A stretch of 64,000 nt of DNA. Source: an uncultured Pseudomonadota bacterium. Its GTDB lineage: Bacteria; Babelota; Babeliae; Babelales; RVW-14. Position numbers and translations under genes: made by a program. Positions 29,632 through 38,696 of the stretch are shown here, in pieces. The notes below the pieces were generated by a model, which did no database searches, had not been told where the DNA came from, and worked only from the letters and a program-made list of their open reading frames with translations. The stretch covers positions 1,710 through 65,709 of the forward strand of contig CAZGPI010000003.1 of the NCBI GenBank assembly GCA_964527595.1, in the 5' to 3' direction. Every line of letters begins with the position of its first letter. The first letter of the stretch is position 1.

Positions 29632-31297
29632 GAGCAAGCTCAAGGTGTTCAATAATAGTATTGTCGTTTGGTGCCGCAGATAAAGCTTGATTCAATATAT
29701 CAAGCGCCTCGGTTTTTTTTCCAATTTTAATAAGCACGAGGCCTTTGGTGTCTAAAAAATAGGGCGAACTTGGGTTGAGCGCCAGAGCTTTATCAATAAA
29801 ATCAAGAGCTTTGTCTAGGTTTTGATTGGTTTGAACATAGTAAAAAGCGATAAGGTTATAAAGATTCGGTGACGTGGCGACATAATTTAACGCTTTAGGT
29901 ATAAAACTATCGAGGTTCTTGTAATCTTTAACGGAAAACAATACATAAGCAATATGGTAAAGAATTTTTGATTTAAGTTGTTCATCTTGTGAGAGCCTGA
30001 AGATGCTGTGATAGTAAACAATACCTTCTTTGTAGTTGCCATTTTCAATGCATAAATCTGCTAGCGCGCTGAGTATGCCGAGCGAGGGTGTACTTGCACG
30101 ATTAACATCTTCGATTGTTTTGATGATTTCAGGACGCGATATTCCTGAATTTTTTAACAATAAAATAGTGTGAATAGTCGAGCTATCTTGGGGGTTTTTA
30201 ATAAGCCAATCTTTTAAAAAGGCGAGCGCTGCTTGTGGGTTTTTTTGTGCCAAAAGAATTTCGGTTTTAAGCAGACGAGCTTGTTTGAAGTCAGGCGTCT
30301 TACTAAGACATGTATTAATGTGTTCGAGAGCTGAGATGTAATTTTCTGCCTTGAATTCAATCAGTGCTAAATCAAAATGATATTCTGGTACGTGATTTCT
30401 CATTTTTTTCAGATAATGAGCTGCTTCACTATATCGTTTTTGTGAAAAAAGAAGTTGGACGAGTTGCTTGGCAATAGTCTCTTCAGAACCGACAAGGTCG
30501 AGGAATTTTTTATAACCAGAAATAGCGTCGTTAATTTTGCCTTGTTGTTCCAGGAGTACGGCTTTAAATAACCAGCCGCGATCAAATTTGGGAAAAGCTT
30601 CAAGACTTTTTTCAATCATTGCAAGAGCTTGCGCTGGTTGATTTGATTGAAGGTAGATTTTTGATTTGAGAAAATAGAATAAAAAGAATTTTGAGTGTAA
30701 GACTGGTTTTTCAAGGCATTCATCAATGAATGAAAGCGCTTTTTCAAGTTGATTGTTTTGTATGAGTGATATTGCTGTGTAGTATGCAACTTGTTCGTTA
30801 TCAGGATGTTTTTCCGCTAATGCAGTAAAGAGGCTTGTCGCCTTTATTTCTTGATCGGTATTTAGATACGCTTGCGCCACCATGAGTTGAAACTCGAGGT
30901 TATCCTTAAAGGCCGTTTCAAGAATTGCTGTTTTGTTTTCATAGAGTGAAACAATACCCTTAAATTGTCCGGTATCAAAAAGTAACCGAACAAATCCGTC
31001 ATAGGTATAAGGTGATGGTTCTTGAGCGAGTAGGTATTGATAGGCTTTGAATGCGTCGGCCGCCTTGCCTCTTGTGTGAAGATAGCTTGCTTGCAGATAG
31101 CGGGCATATGTTGCCGCCGTGCTTTTTTGCTTATCTTCAATAAAACAAACCGTTGGGGCACTCTTGTTTTTTTTCTCGTGCCGATGTTTTACTTTTGTTC
31201 GATAATTGGTTTGACGATGCATTTTCGGTTGAGCGCGTAACGGTAAGATCATCAAGATGCTTAACGTAAAAAAGATGCTTTCCTTAGACAAAAACAT
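29621..31297 (-). CDS. Secreted tetratricopeptide-repeat protein
   Basis: Signal peptide and repeated TPR helices, e.g. KALALNPSSPYFLDTKG. Confidence 0.88.
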   Translation of the reverse strand: MFLSKESIFFTLSILMILPLRAQPKMHRQTNYRTKVKHRHEKKNKSAPTVCFIEDKQKSTAATYARYLQASYLHTRGKAADAFKAYQYLLAQEPSPYTYDGFVRLLFDTGQFKGIVSLYENKTAILETAFKDNLEFQLMVAQAYLNTDQEIKATSLFTALAEKHPDNEQVAYYTAISLIQNNQLEKALSFIDECLEKPVLHSKFFLFYFLKSKIYLQSNQPAQALAMIEKSLEAFPKFDRGWLFKAVLLEQQGKINDAISGYKKFLDLVGSEETIAKQLVQLLFSQKRYSEAAHYLKKMRNHVPEYHFDLALIEFKAENYISALEHINTCLSKTPDFKQARLLKTEILLAQKNPQAALAFLKDWLIKNPQDSSTIHTILLLKNSGISRPEIIKTIEDVNRASTPSLGILSALADLCIENGNYKEGIVYYHSIFRLSQDEQLKSKILYHIAYVLFSVKDYKNLDSFIPKALNYVATSPNLYNLIAFYYVQTNQNLDKALDFIDKALALNPSSPYFLDTKGLVLIKIGKKTEALDILNQALSAAPNDNTIIEHLELAHEQ

Positions 31298-31756
31298 TTA
31301 CTCTCCTTTTAGATATTTACAACGTCTAAAAAAAAGCTCTAATGCTTCTTTAAGTCCGGCATCTTGGATGTTTGATATAGTTGCAGCCTCTTTGCTATTT
31401 AACGTTGCATTATTTTCAGTATACGTCTTTCGCCGATGTTCAACAAGATATCGCTGGCGCAGATTTGGTTTGATGGTTTTTATATCGGATGTTACAAACC
31501 GGATTGTTTGGATTCTGTTTGCGCCAAGGCAAGTATTAATTTTTTGTTTAAGCATGCTTGAAAGAAGATGTAGTTCTTGTGCCCAAGCAGGGTGAATAAC
31601 CTTAAGCAATAAGGTTTCATTATTAATTTGTGCGATGGTCACCTTATCTTTTAGTGGCCCCATAATAGTATCCCAATTTTGAAACAAGGTTATTTTCCAT
31701 TGTTGTTCTTGGGGAATGATTGTTACGAGGAGGCTTCTGATGGATGTTGCCACCAT
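31298..31756 (-). CDS. DUF721/DciA-family protein
   Basis: WDTIMG...LLLKVIHPAWAQELHL...KQKIN...IQTIRF pattern. Confidence 0.75.
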   Translation of the reverse strand: MVATSIRSLLVTIIPQEQQWKITLFQNWDTIMGPLKDKVTIAQINNETLLLKVIHPAWAQELHLLSSMLKQKINTCLGANRIQTIRFVTSDIKTIKPNLRQRYLVEHRRKTYTENNATLNSKEAATISNIQDAGLKEALELFFRRCKYLKGE

Positions 31757-31925
31757 AGTTCCTAAGTTATGTTTGTTGATGATGGTAAAAAAACTCGAAG
31801 CGATTATGTTTTATTTTATAATGGAATGCGCCAAAGCGCCATCGTTTCTTGAAGTCTCAAAATTTTGTGATTAGAATGATGCATAATTACAGTATTTTTT
31901 GGGTTTTAACCTAAGGATGTTTATT

Positions 31926-33515
31926 ATGCATTACGAATTTTTAGCACTCGTTCCTCCGTTAGTCGTTGTCATATTGGCAGGGATTACAAAAAACGTTCGC
32001 ATATCGGTTGGCGTTGCCATATTGTCCGCTGGTCTTATTGCCACCGAGTTTTCAATACCTAACGCATTGCAGGTAATAGGCGCGCGTTTTTGGGAGGTTC
32101 TTGAACTAAAGACATTGACGTCTTGGGTTGCTTTTGAGCATTGCTCGTATTTGCCTATATGTGGCTTCTTGTTATTGTTGGGCATTATTATCGAACTTAT
32201 TCAGCAGTCTGGTGGTGCTTATGCTTATGGTAATTTTATTATCACAAAACTAAAGAGTGCCAAAAATGTACAACGCGCATCATTGTTATTGTCATTAGTT
32301 TTTTCTATGGACGATTATTTTAGTAGCTTGACGGTCGGCGCCGTTATGCGTCCTGTTACCGATCAGTTTAGAATTGCTCGCGTAAAACTGGCTTTGTTGG
32401 TTAACGTATTGGCATCTCCATTGGCCGTATTGTTCCCATTTTCAAGTTGGGGTGGGCAGATTATAACTTCGTTGCAACAAGCTGGTGTTGGCATTGCGGG
32501 AGCATCGCAGACATTAGTTATTCAAGATCCATTTTCGTTATATCTTGCGGGCATTCCATTTCTATTTTATCCATTAATGGCGATGCTGGCCATTTGGTTT
32601 ATGGTTGGGCGTGGTTTCTCTTTTGGGCTGTTGGCCAAGCATGAAACGATTGCAGCTAAGACCGGAAATTTGTTTGCGGGCAAGGTTTCAGTAACACGTC
32701 AGCCGCCAAAAGGATCAAATAACAGATCGCAAGCTGCTGTTGGTGATTTTTTATTACCAATCTTTTCATTGATATTTTCGGTTATCGGATTTTATTTGAA
32801 CGGCTCGACTATTTTTTTAGCATTAATTAAGGGTGGTCTGCTGACGGTGATTTTTAGTATGTTGTTTTTGTGCATTAGGGGGCACATTGGTTTGTCCGAT
32901 CTTCCTGGCATTATCAAGCAGGGAATTTTGCTTATGGCGCCTTGTGTTCTGGTGGTTGTTCTTATTTGGACATTAAGTACTTTATTGAAAGAAGATTTGC
33001 GTACGGGTAGTTATTTGGCAAGTCTTATAGGCCAACACTTTCCAGTTGTTTTCTTGCCGGCATTATTTTTCTTGGCCGCTGTTTTAATTTCGGCAACCAT
33101 GGGGTCTGCTTGGGGGACCATTGGTACGTTAATGCCCATAGCTGTTCCTATGTTGGTTTCTTTGTCTGGTGTTATAACGCCGGTTACCCCGGGGCAGATT
33201 CTATTATTGTTACCGCTTATCGGTGCAATAATTTCTGGCGCTGTTTCTGGCAATCACTTGTCACCAATTTCTGATGTTATGTTTATGTCAGCAACCAGTT
33301 CTGGTGCTTATCATCTTGATCTTGTTAAGGTGATGGTGAGCTTTGCTATTCCGGTTGTTATTGCAACTTTTTGTGCATTTTTATGCGCCGGCTTTTTGAC
33401 GATGCTGGGATATGGCGTGCTTGCTACGGTACTCATTTCACTTGCCGTTGGCTGTGCGCTTAATTTTAGCGTTATATCGGTATTGCATTGGTTGAGCCAT
33501 CGAACGGCAAAATAA
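31926..33515 (+). CDS. Na+/H+ antiporter NhaC-family transporter
   Basis: MDDYFSSLTVG, PFSSWG, MGSAWGT and GNHLSPISD motifs with many TM helices. Confidence 0.88.
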   Translation: MHYEFLALVPPLVVVILAGITKNVRISVGVAILSAGLIATEFSIPNALQVIGARFWEVLELKTLTSWVAFEHCSYLPICGFLLLLGIIIELIQQSGGAYAYGNFIITKLKSAKNVQRASLLLSLVFSMDDYFSSLTVGAVMRPVTDQFRIARVKLALLVNVLASPLAVLFPFSSWGGQIITSLQQAGVGIAGASQTLVIQDPFSLYLAGIPFLFYPLMAMLAIWFMVGRGFSFGLLAKHETIAAKTGNLFAGKVSVTRQPPKGSNNRSQAAVGDFLLPIFSLIFSVIGFYLNGSTIFLALIKGGLLTVIFSMLFLCIRGHIGLSDLPGIIKQGILLMAPCVLVVVLIWTLSTLLKEDLRTGSYLASLIGQHFPVVFLPALFFLAAVLISATMGSAWGTIGTLMPIAVPMLVSLSGVITPVTPGQILLLLPLIGAIISGAVSGNHLSPISDVMFMSATSSGAYHLDLVKVMVSFAIPVVIATFCAFLCAGFLTMLGYGVLATVLISLAVGCALNFSVISVLHWLSHRTAK

Positions 33516-33537
33516 CGCGATTCTGACCCCGCTCACA

Positions 33538-33584
33538 CCCATTCGATTTCGCTCACTAATGCTCGCTTTACTCAGGGCGAACGG
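33538..33584 (-). repeat. Family E REP-like element (single copy)
   Basis: cccattcga...tactcagggcgaacgg resembles the ccgttcgccctgag...tcgaaggg palindromic class. Confidence 0.45.
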
Positions 33585-33700
33585 ATTTGTTTCGCTAACA
33601 AAATTCAAACATTTGGCCGTTTTTGGGATGAACCCTGGTTTTTTGTGGCGGAGGGGACGCATTCGAAAATAGCAAAAATCACGATTTTACATGAATTTTT

Positions 33701-33748
33701 ATGACAAATGGCAAAAACACGCAATTTTTGCCATTTGTCATTTTTTTT
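33701..33748 (+). terminator. Perfect 17-bp inverted repeat plus T-tract (terminator or operator)
   Basis: atgacaaatggcaaaaa-cacgcaa-tttttgccatttgtcat, then a T run. Confidence 0.5.
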
Positions 33749-33816
33749 GAATGGGATAAACTGGTATCCAGTAGTTGTTTTTTTACTATTAGGATATTTG
33801 TTTCAAGGAGGTTCTT

Positions 33817-34398
33817 ATGAACATTTTTTTAAAGGCGTGTAAACGCTCACTGTTAATTGGAAGTCTTTTAGGCTTCGGTTTGTTTTTTACGTCCGGATAT
33901 GCTGCTATGCCTCAAGGAAAAGCGGTTGGGGAATCAAAGGCGCAAAAAGGATTTGCGGTAAAGGCTTCCAGTGGCGGAACCGGATTATTCAAAAAAATCT
34001 TGGTAATGGCCTTGTTGGCGTCGGCTCGTTGTTATGGAATGGCTGACGTGGGACTGGTTCCTATGGCTAAGGTGGAGTTTGTGGAAAGTTGTAAGATGCG
34101 CGCAGACTTCGTGCACGATTTTAGATATTCAGAAGCAGAGGCTGCCTGGTTTGATGCCAAACAAGCAGCCGCTCGTGAAACCCTTTGTTTATATACGGAT
34201 GATTGCTTAGATAATCCGAAATATTTAGAAAAAGCTGACGCTGCCACTGCTTTATTGGTTAGCAAGCTATCCGCAAACAAGGAGCAACTAAAAGAAGAAT
34301 TGTCCCATTGTGAGATTGACCCTAATTGGGATTTACGTGAATCTTCTGATGGTAGATTTGTTATGAGTTCTAGCGTCTTCGAATCTCGGTTAAAATAA
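33817..34398 (+). CDS. Hypothetical exported protein
   Basis: SD aaggagg and a signal-like N-terminus. Confidence 0.7.
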   Translation: MNIFLKACKRSLLIGSLLGFGLFFTSGYAAMPQGKAVGESKAQKGFAVKASSGGTGLFKKILVMALLASARCYGMADVGLVPMAKVEFVESCKMRADFVHDFRYSEAEAAWFDAKQAAARETLCLYTDDCLDNPKYLEKADAATALLVSKLSANKEQLKEELSHCEIDPNWDLRESSDGRFVMSSSVFESRLK

Positions 34399-34420
34399 CT
34401 GCTGCTATAAGCTAAATATT

Positions 34421-34480
34421 AAGGCGGCTGGTAATTGGTGACAATGATGATATTGTTGCTAGATTGCCAGCCGTTTTTTT
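34421..34480. terminator. Long hairpin terminator between convergent genes
   Basis: ggcggctggtaat...attgccagccgtttttt. Confidence 0.55.
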
Positions 34481-35274
34481 TATAAATCCGAAAAGCAAAA
34501 TTCAAACATTTTACCGGTATGAAACGTTCCGCTGGCCGTTTTTGAAATGACGGCTGTTTGGTGGGGCATTTTTTCAACTAATTGGCTAATGGGAAGAAAT
34601 CCTGTGCAGTGATTTGGTAGTAATATTTGAATGTTTTCTTTGGTGAATAATTCAATTATCTTGGTAATTTCTTCAGGGCTTGAATTTTTTAGATGGAGCC
34701 CTCCGACAAGTGCATAAATTGGAATTTGGTTATTAAATGCTTCTTTGGCATCGGCAAGGATTGTTGGCAATCCATGGTGAGCGCAACCAACAATAACTAT
34801 AAGGCCCTTGCCCTCAAGATATGCAACAAGGTTTATTTCGTGAGTTTTGAGTTGAGAATTAATAGTTGGTCGTTCTTTTATTACCCAAAGGCCAGGGATT
34901 ATCTCTGTATTTTCTCTAACTAAATGTACGTCAGTATAAATCGATTTAAGCATTTTGCTTTTTGGCATGTGTTCGCCAAAGGCATCGGATGTACAATACA
35001 TAGGTTTATTGGCAATATGATGGCTCACTTTTTCCATGCCGCCGCTGTGGTCATCGTGAGGGTGGCTGAGTACAAAGGCATCGATGGTTTTCAGCTCAAT
35101 GTTGAGTTCTTTGGCGTTATGTAATAAAACATCACCAGAATATCCAGTATCAAAAAGAATTTTTTTTCCATCTGCCTCAATCAACATTGATAAACCGTGT
35201 TCACCCCAAAACTGTTCGCTAGGAGCCGTATCTTCAACAAGAACGGTAATTTTTAATGATGCAAGCGAAGTCAT
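34480..35274 (-). CDS. MBL-fold metallo-hydrolase
   Basis: EHGLSMLI, LFDTG, SHPHDDHSGG, GCAH, GGLHL and NHCTG motifs. Confidence 0.9.
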   Translation of the reverse strand: MTSLASLKITVLVEDTAPSEQFWGEHGLSMLIEADGKKILFDTGYSGDVLLHNAKELNIELKTIDAFVLSHPHDDHSGGMEKVSHHIANKPMYCTSDAFGEHMPKSKMLKSIYTDVHLVRENTEIIPGLWVIKERPTINSQLKTHEINLVAYLEGKGLIVIVGCAHHGLPTILADAKEAFNNQIPIYALVGGLHLKNSSPEEITKIIELFTKENIQILLPNHCTGFLPISQLVEKMPHQTAVISKTASGTFHTGKMFEFCFSDL

Positions 35275-35287
35275 TGGTTTCCAGTTT

Positions 35288-35764
35288 CTATTTTATAGCT
35301 ACAAAAATTTTGACTATTGAATGAGCATCATTTGTGCTTTTTGCATCATACCATTCAAAGTCGTTGGTGAACGTCCGCTCAAGGCTTTTATCTTGCCAAA
35401 TATCCATCCATGTTTTTCCGATAGCAGAAGCAAATGGGCCGGTAGCGGTAAAGACCGCGTATTTTGTAGCAGGAATTTCTTTGGTAACCATTCCGGCGGG
35501 AATTGTGTCAGTCTTGGTTACAGGGCAACCAAGAATAAGTGAATAGTGCCCGGTTGTAAGCGAAAAATCTGAGCTATAGTTTGTATACAGTCCTAAAATT
35601 ACATCAGGATTTGTTTTATTTGGTATCGTTGCAAAGAGGTTGGCTTTTTGCTGCTCTTGCCAAAATGTTGGGATTGCAGAAAAGCATTCGTTATTTTGAT
35701 ATGTCGTGCGGAGTTCGGCTCCCATGATGATCATGGCTGGTAATAACACTATTTCAAAGCTCAT
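35288..35764 (-). CDS. GyrI-like effector-binding domain protein
   Basis: LRTT...IPTFW, GLYTNY, IPATKYAVFT, W..IW, RTFTNDFEWYD. SD aggag precedes 35764. Confidence 0.85.
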   Translation of the reverse strand: MSFEIVLLPAMIIMGAELRTTYQNNECFSAIPTFWQEQQKANLFATIPNKTNPDVILGLYTNYSSDFSLTTGHYSLILGCPVTKTDTIPAGMVTKEIPATKYAVFTATGPFASAIGKTWMDIWQDKSLERTFTNDFEWYDAKSTNDAHSIVKIFVAIK

Positions 35765-35921
35765 AAAGCTCCTAAATGATTTGAGCGAATCGATTATTTG
35801 ATAAATACTATAAGCGTAATATGCCAAATAATTGGTGGGTTGTTAAGGCTTGGCGAAAGTCATGCCAGTTTTTTAGAGGACATCTTTTGTGGTAAGCTAA
35901 TGAATGAAATTTATTGATAGA

Positions 35922-35953
35922 ATGGATCCCGGATCGAGTCCGGGATGACAAAA
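35922..35953 (-). repeat. Family A element
   Basis: atggatcccggatcgagtccgggatgacaaaa. Confidence 0.9.
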
Positions 35954-36025
35954 AGAGGTAGTGCAACAAAGGGATTTCTGCAATAAGGCATTGTAGTATT
36001 CATTTAAAAAAAAGGGGGATCTGGA

Positions 36026-38602
36026 ATGGTTTTGCTTGATATTTTACAGGAGAGTCGTAAAAAATATGCCGAGCATCCGGCATTAATTATGCGTGTTGGT
36101 TATCGAACGGTAACGTTAACATTTGCTCAGGTATATGAACTTGCGCAAAGAACGGCAGCCTTTTTAGAAGCTCATGGAGTTGGTAAGGGGGATTGCGTGG
36201 CCGTTTGTGCGCCTAATTCTCCGTATTGGGCCTGTTTGTTTTGGGGATGCTTGTTGCGCGGGGTGGTGATTGTACCACTTAATATTCAGAGCACCGATGC
36301 GATGATTGCCAAGATTATTGAGCAAACAGGGGCGAAATTTCTATTTACCACTCGAGGCATGGCGTTAGGGGGTTCTCCAAGGGGGAACGCCTTGGAGGTA
36401 TTATTGAAGCAGGCGGTTCCCTCCTGCACCTCCCTGGAACTTGCTCTTTTGGATGAAATTATTGCTCCATATGCGGGTAAAAATATTGAGCCCATAAAAA
36501 CATTATCCGATGATTTAATTGAAATTTTATACACCTCGGGGACGACCGGTGAACCCAAGGGCGTTATGCTTACTCACCGAAATCTTATGACAAATCTCCA
36601 CGCGATACAGCAATGTTTAATGTTGAAAGAACAACATGAACGTGTTTTATCTATCTTGCCGTTAAGCCATATTCTTGAACAAATGGTTGGTTTTTTACTG
36701 CCATTTTCTTGTGGTGCGACAATTGTTTATGCGCATAGTCATGGAGCGATTGCTCAATTACTTGCAGAATTTAAGATAACCAAAATGGTTGCAGTCCCAG
36801 AATTTTTAAAAGTTTTGATGGCTCGTATTATGACTAAAGTTAACGATGCTGGATGGCAAGCGACGGTTAATCGATTAATGAAATTTAGTTTGCATATGCC
36901 ATGGTGGATTCGGCGGTTAGTTTTTCGTCCAATACTTAAGCCGCTTGGTGGATGCCTGAATATGGTTGCATCGGGTGGAGCCCCGCTTGATCCTGAAATT
37001 GAACAGCAATGGAATGCACTTGGCGTCCAAGTACTTCAAGGATATGGATTAACTGAAACTTCGCCCGTACTTACGAATAATACCTTTGCCGATCATCGGC
37101 CAGGGAGTGTTGGGCGGGTTGCGGCTGGCGTCAGTATTCGTTTAGTTGGCGGTGAAATTCAGGCAAAGGGTGACAGCGTGTTTAGTGGTTATTTTAAAAA
37201 TGAACAAAAAACGCGTGAAGTTTTTACCGATGATGGATGGTTTATGACCGGTGATATGGGGCAATTGGACGCCGATGGTTTTTTGTTTATTAAGGGACGG
37301 CGTAAATACATGATCAAGGGTGCTGGTGCCCAAAACGTTTATCCGGAAGATATCGAGGAATTTTTAAACCGAGAATCGATGATTAAGGATAGTTGTGTTG
37401 TTGGCCTTGAGCAAACGGGTGGGGCTGTCCAAATTCATGCGGTATTATTACTCAAAGAAGCTTTGTCTAACGCCGAGATTGAGGCGTTGGTTAATCGTGT
37501 TAACGACCAATTGGCAACGTACCAACATATCGGTGGATGGAGTGTTTGGCCGGATGAAGATTTTCCGCGGTCGGCGACGCGTAAAATAAAAAAAGAAGAG
37601 GTAATTACTTTTTTGAAGGCTGGTACTGATCATGGGTCTTTTTCTCATGGTGGTCATGCTGCTGGGCGGTTAGAGATTTTGTTGTCAACGATGACGGGCG
37701 TTCCTGCGGAAAATATTGAACCGACATCGCTTCTTGTACGGCAATTACATATGGATTCATTAATGACCGTTGAGCTTTTGGCACGAATTGAGGATGCCTT
37801 TGCTATTTCGGTTGATGGGTGGATTATTGGGCCAACTACCACGGTTGCCGATATTGAAGAGTGGATTAGCCACGGCGCTCCTGTGCAAAAGCCGGTGCGC
37901 TTAAAGGCATGGCCTCGATCATGGTGGGCACGCATACTTAGGGCAATTGGCCAACCAATTGTGGTTGGAATTGTGCGTTTGTTTGCGCGAGTACGAGTTG
38001 AAGGATTAGAGAATCTTGAAAAAATTGTTCCTAGGGGGTTTGCCAAGGGGGAACGCCTTGGCGATATGCCTGTCATCTTTATGCCCAACCATGTAAGCAT
38101 GATAGACCCCTTTTTTTTGATGGCAGCATTGCCCGCAAAAATACGCCGCCGCATTGCCTTTGCTTCGGCCGTTGACGTTTTGTACAAAGACTTTTGGTAT
38201 ATAGTTCCGCTTACCGAATTACTTGCCTATACATTTCCATTTCCTCGTAAAGAAACAGAGAATGTTGTGCAGGGTCTGACGCTTATGGGGCAAGTTCTTG
38301 ATCATGGCTATTCGGCCGTTGTTTTTCCCGAGGGGCAGGTTTCTCGCGATGGACAATTACAGCCTCTTAAAGCGGGCGCTGGATTGGTGGCAAGTCAAAT
38401 GATGGTGACGGTGATACCGGTTGCATTGATTGGGGTGCCGGCAATTGTTGGGCCAGACAGCCTTTTCCCTTCGCATCGTGGTACGGTTGCCGTTCTTTTT
38501 GGTAAGCCTATAAAGATGAGCCGAATGACTTCTATTGCCCAGGCAACGGCTGAAATTGAAAAGGCGATGAGGATGACTCAAGAAAAAAAAAGAGATTTTT
38601 AG
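36026..38602 (+). CDS. Fatty acyl-AMP/CoA ligase - ACP - PlsC acyltransferase fusion
   Basis: YTSGTTGEPKG, QGYGLTETSP and TGDMG (AMP-binding); LHMDSL (phosphopantetheine site); NHVSMID and FPEG (acyltransferase). Confidence 0.92.
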   Translation: MVLLDILQESRKKYAEHPALIMRVGYRTVTLTFAQVYELAQRTAAFLEAHGVGKGDCVAVCAPNSPYWACLFWGCLLRGVVIVPLNIQSTDAMIAKIIEQTGAKFLFTTRGMALGGSPRGNALEVLLKQAVPSCTSLELALLDEIIAPYAGKNIEPIKTLSDDLIEILYTSGTTGEPKGVMLTHRNLMTNLHAIQQCLMLKEQHERVLSILPLSHILEQMVGFLLPFSCGATIVYAHSHGAIAQLLAEFKITKMVAVPEFLKVLMARIMTKVNDAGWQATVNRLMKFSLHMPWWIRRLVFRPILKPLGGCLNMVASGGAPLDPEIEQQWNALGVQVLQGYGLTETSPVLTNNTFADHRPGSVGRVAAGVSIRLVGGEIQAKGDSVFSGYFKNEQKTREVFTDDGWFMTGDMGQLDADGFLFIKGRRKYMIKGAGAQNVYPEDIEEFLNRESMIKDSCVVGLEQTGGAVQIHAVLLLKEALSNAEIEALVNRVNDQLATYQHIGGWSVWPDEDFPRSATRKIKKEEVITFLKAGTDHGSFSHGGHAAGRLEILLSTMTGVPAENIEPTSLLVRQLHMDSLMTVELLARIEDAFAISVDGWIIGPTTTVADIEEWISHGAPVQKPVRLKAWPRSWWARILRAIGQPIVVGIVRLFARVRVEGLENLEKIVPRGFAKGERLGDMPVIFMPNHVSMIDPFFLMAALPAKIRRRIAFASAVDVLYKDFWYIVPLTELLAYTFPFPRKETENVVQGLTLMGQVLDHGYSAVVFPEGQVSRDGQLQPLKAGAGLVASQMMVTVIPVALIGVPAIVGPDSLFPSHRGTVAVLFGKPIKMSRMTSIAQATAEIEKAMRMTQEKKRDF
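36365..36436. repeat. Composite C + inverted B element inside the CDS (LGGSPRGNALEVLLKQAVPSCTSL)
   Basis: ttagggggttctccaagggggaacgccttggag-gtattattgaa-gcaggcggttccctcctgcacctccctg. Confidence 0.9.
38031..38062 (+). repeat. Family C element inside the CDS (RGFAKGERLG)
   Basis: ctagggggtttgccaagggggaacgccttggc. Confidence 0.9.
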
Positions 38603-38696
38603 ATTTTTTTTAACATGAAGGTTGATGTACAAAATTGTTTGTTTATAATTGGTTTCGGTGAAGAAATTTTTAAACGAATAGAAGAAGGATTTGTAC

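Noticed and set aside
33600..33700. Intact tRNA gene
   Set aside because: Only a 3'-end-like fragment is present. No cloverleaf can be formed.
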